From IMG/VR virus record IMGVR_UViG_3300024344_000036, positions 1 through 43,583 of that record: 43,583 nt of DNA; one strand, written 5' to 3'. This document shows, piece after piece, positions 42,695 through 43,583 of this stretch. This DNA is from a virus (lineage: Duplodnaviria; Caudoviricetes). The notes beneath the pieces are model-generated. The model saw only the letters and a list, made by a program, of their open reading frames with translations, made no database searches and was not told the origin of the DNA. Every line of letters starts with the position of its first letter. The stretch's first letter is position 1. The position numbers were made by a program, and so were the translations under genes.

Positions 42695-42994
42695 TTAAAC
42701 TCCTTGTATTATCAGATTATCAGTATCAAATTCTACTGACACCATGTCAGTATTAAATGTTGCCGACAGTTTACGATTATTAATATCTATAATCGGTCTT
42801 TTTTCAGTACCATTTATTTTATGTGTACCAAACTCATCAAACTCTATCATAATATAATTCTTTGCATAACTTATATTATATCTCTTATCACATATAAAAG
42901 AATTGTCAAGTAATCTTTTACCCTCTATCCACAATCTTTTATTACCTCTATGCGTTCCTAGTTTATACTTAAATACTGTTGCCATATACACCAA
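42695..42994 (-). CDS. Hypothetical protein, possibly AbrB-like fold
   Basis: RLWIEG..L and RPIIDIN beta motifs; the fold is a guess. Confidence 0.6.
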   Translation of the reverse strand: MVYMATVFKYKLGTHRGNKRLWIEGKRLLDNSFICDKRYNISYAKNYIMIEFDEFGTHKINGTEKRPIIDINNRKLSATFNTDMVSVEFDTDNLIIQGV

Positions 42995-43172
42995 CCTCTA
43001 TGTAGTTTCTGAATCTTTGCTCATCAAATCTCTTATTAGATTCTTTAGCAATATAACAATAGTTATCAATTTGATGACCTACTGTCATTAATTCAATAGT
43101 ATTTCTTTTACAGTTCTTACTTAATTGTATAAATTCATTTGCTCTTTTTGTAAAGTCTTTTCTAGTCAGCAT
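42969..43172 (-). CDS. Hypothetical early protein
   Basis: MLTRKDF...N.RFD..RF motif; RBS AGGAG. Confidence 0.7.
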   Translation of the reverse strand: MLTRKDFTKRANEFIQLSKNCKRNTIELMTVGHQIDNYCYIAKESNKRFDEQRFRNYIEVGVYGNSI

Positions 43173-43185
43173 ATTAATTCTCCTG

Positions 43186-43401
43186 TTAGTTTATATATAT
43201 TATATTTTCTTTAGTGTCATAACCAAATTTGCTTAAATCAAAATCACAATCTAGTAAATTGCTCATCAAATCAGTTTTTTGCAATTTGATATATTTTCCA
43301 TCATGTTCATTGAGCATAACCCAACCATAGACATAGTAGCAATTTCTTAATAGTCTTGTTAGTGTTTTTCTGTCTTTAATATCAACTATATTATTATTCA
43401 T
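43186..43401 (-). CDS. Hypothetical early protein
   Basis: First ORF of the minus arm in this window. Confidence 0.6.
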   Translation of the reverse strand: MNNNIVDIKDRKTLTRLLRNCYYVYGWVMLNEHDGKYIKLQKTDLMSNLLDCDFDLSKFGYDTKENIIYIN

Positions 43402-43583
43402 TTTAACCTACTTTCATTTAACTTACTTTTATATTATTAAACTTGCTTGTCAAGTCTTTTTTTTAAGCATATCTACACTTATTACTTTTACCTCCCATCA
43501 TTGAAAAACCTCTATAAGCACTTGATATTGGGTAGTGTATTCGCTTGTCAAGGTCTTTAAAACTTTCCTCTTTGTAGTCAACT

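Noticed and set aside
1-43583. tRNA/rRNA genes, integrase or att site
   Set aside because: No cloverleaf, rRNA-like tract or recombinase motifs seen by eye; tRNAscan was not run.

Overview
An AT-rich tailed-phage genome segment, most likely a marine podovirus (pelagiphage-like; the host is an inference). It has two convergent arms whose stop codons abut at 20879/20880. The plus arm (1-20879) holds an array of tail-fibre/appendage genes with assembly chaperones, a tail/stabilisation protein, internal virion proteins and a 2689-aa polyvalent protein (HExxH peptidase, ART-like domain with a nested SAM methyltransferase, PLxRFG). The minus arm (43583 to 20880) holds early genes including an amidoligase, a class II GATase and a GGCT; a symmetric non-coding origin-like element; a Cas4/AddB-like nuclease, Sak4-like ATPase and SSB; a family A polymerase split into UDG-exo and exoIII-pol genes; a DUF3987 ATPase; nrdA and nrdB flanking a dual-frame C5 methyltransferase; an HTH-phosphoesterase; and a probable lysis region. 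I saw no terminase, portal, capsid, integrase, RNA polymerase, primase, tRNA or CRISPR array. The most striking signals are: the heptamer GGGGGCA found 29 times by eye on both strands; a polymerase split inside its proofreading active site; a C5 MTase whose motif IX lies in an overlapping frame; a hidden 35-aa Cys-rich metallothionein-like gene; and a 42-bp inverted-repeat element around two AT palindromes. All family calls come from motif recognition by eye, not database searches.
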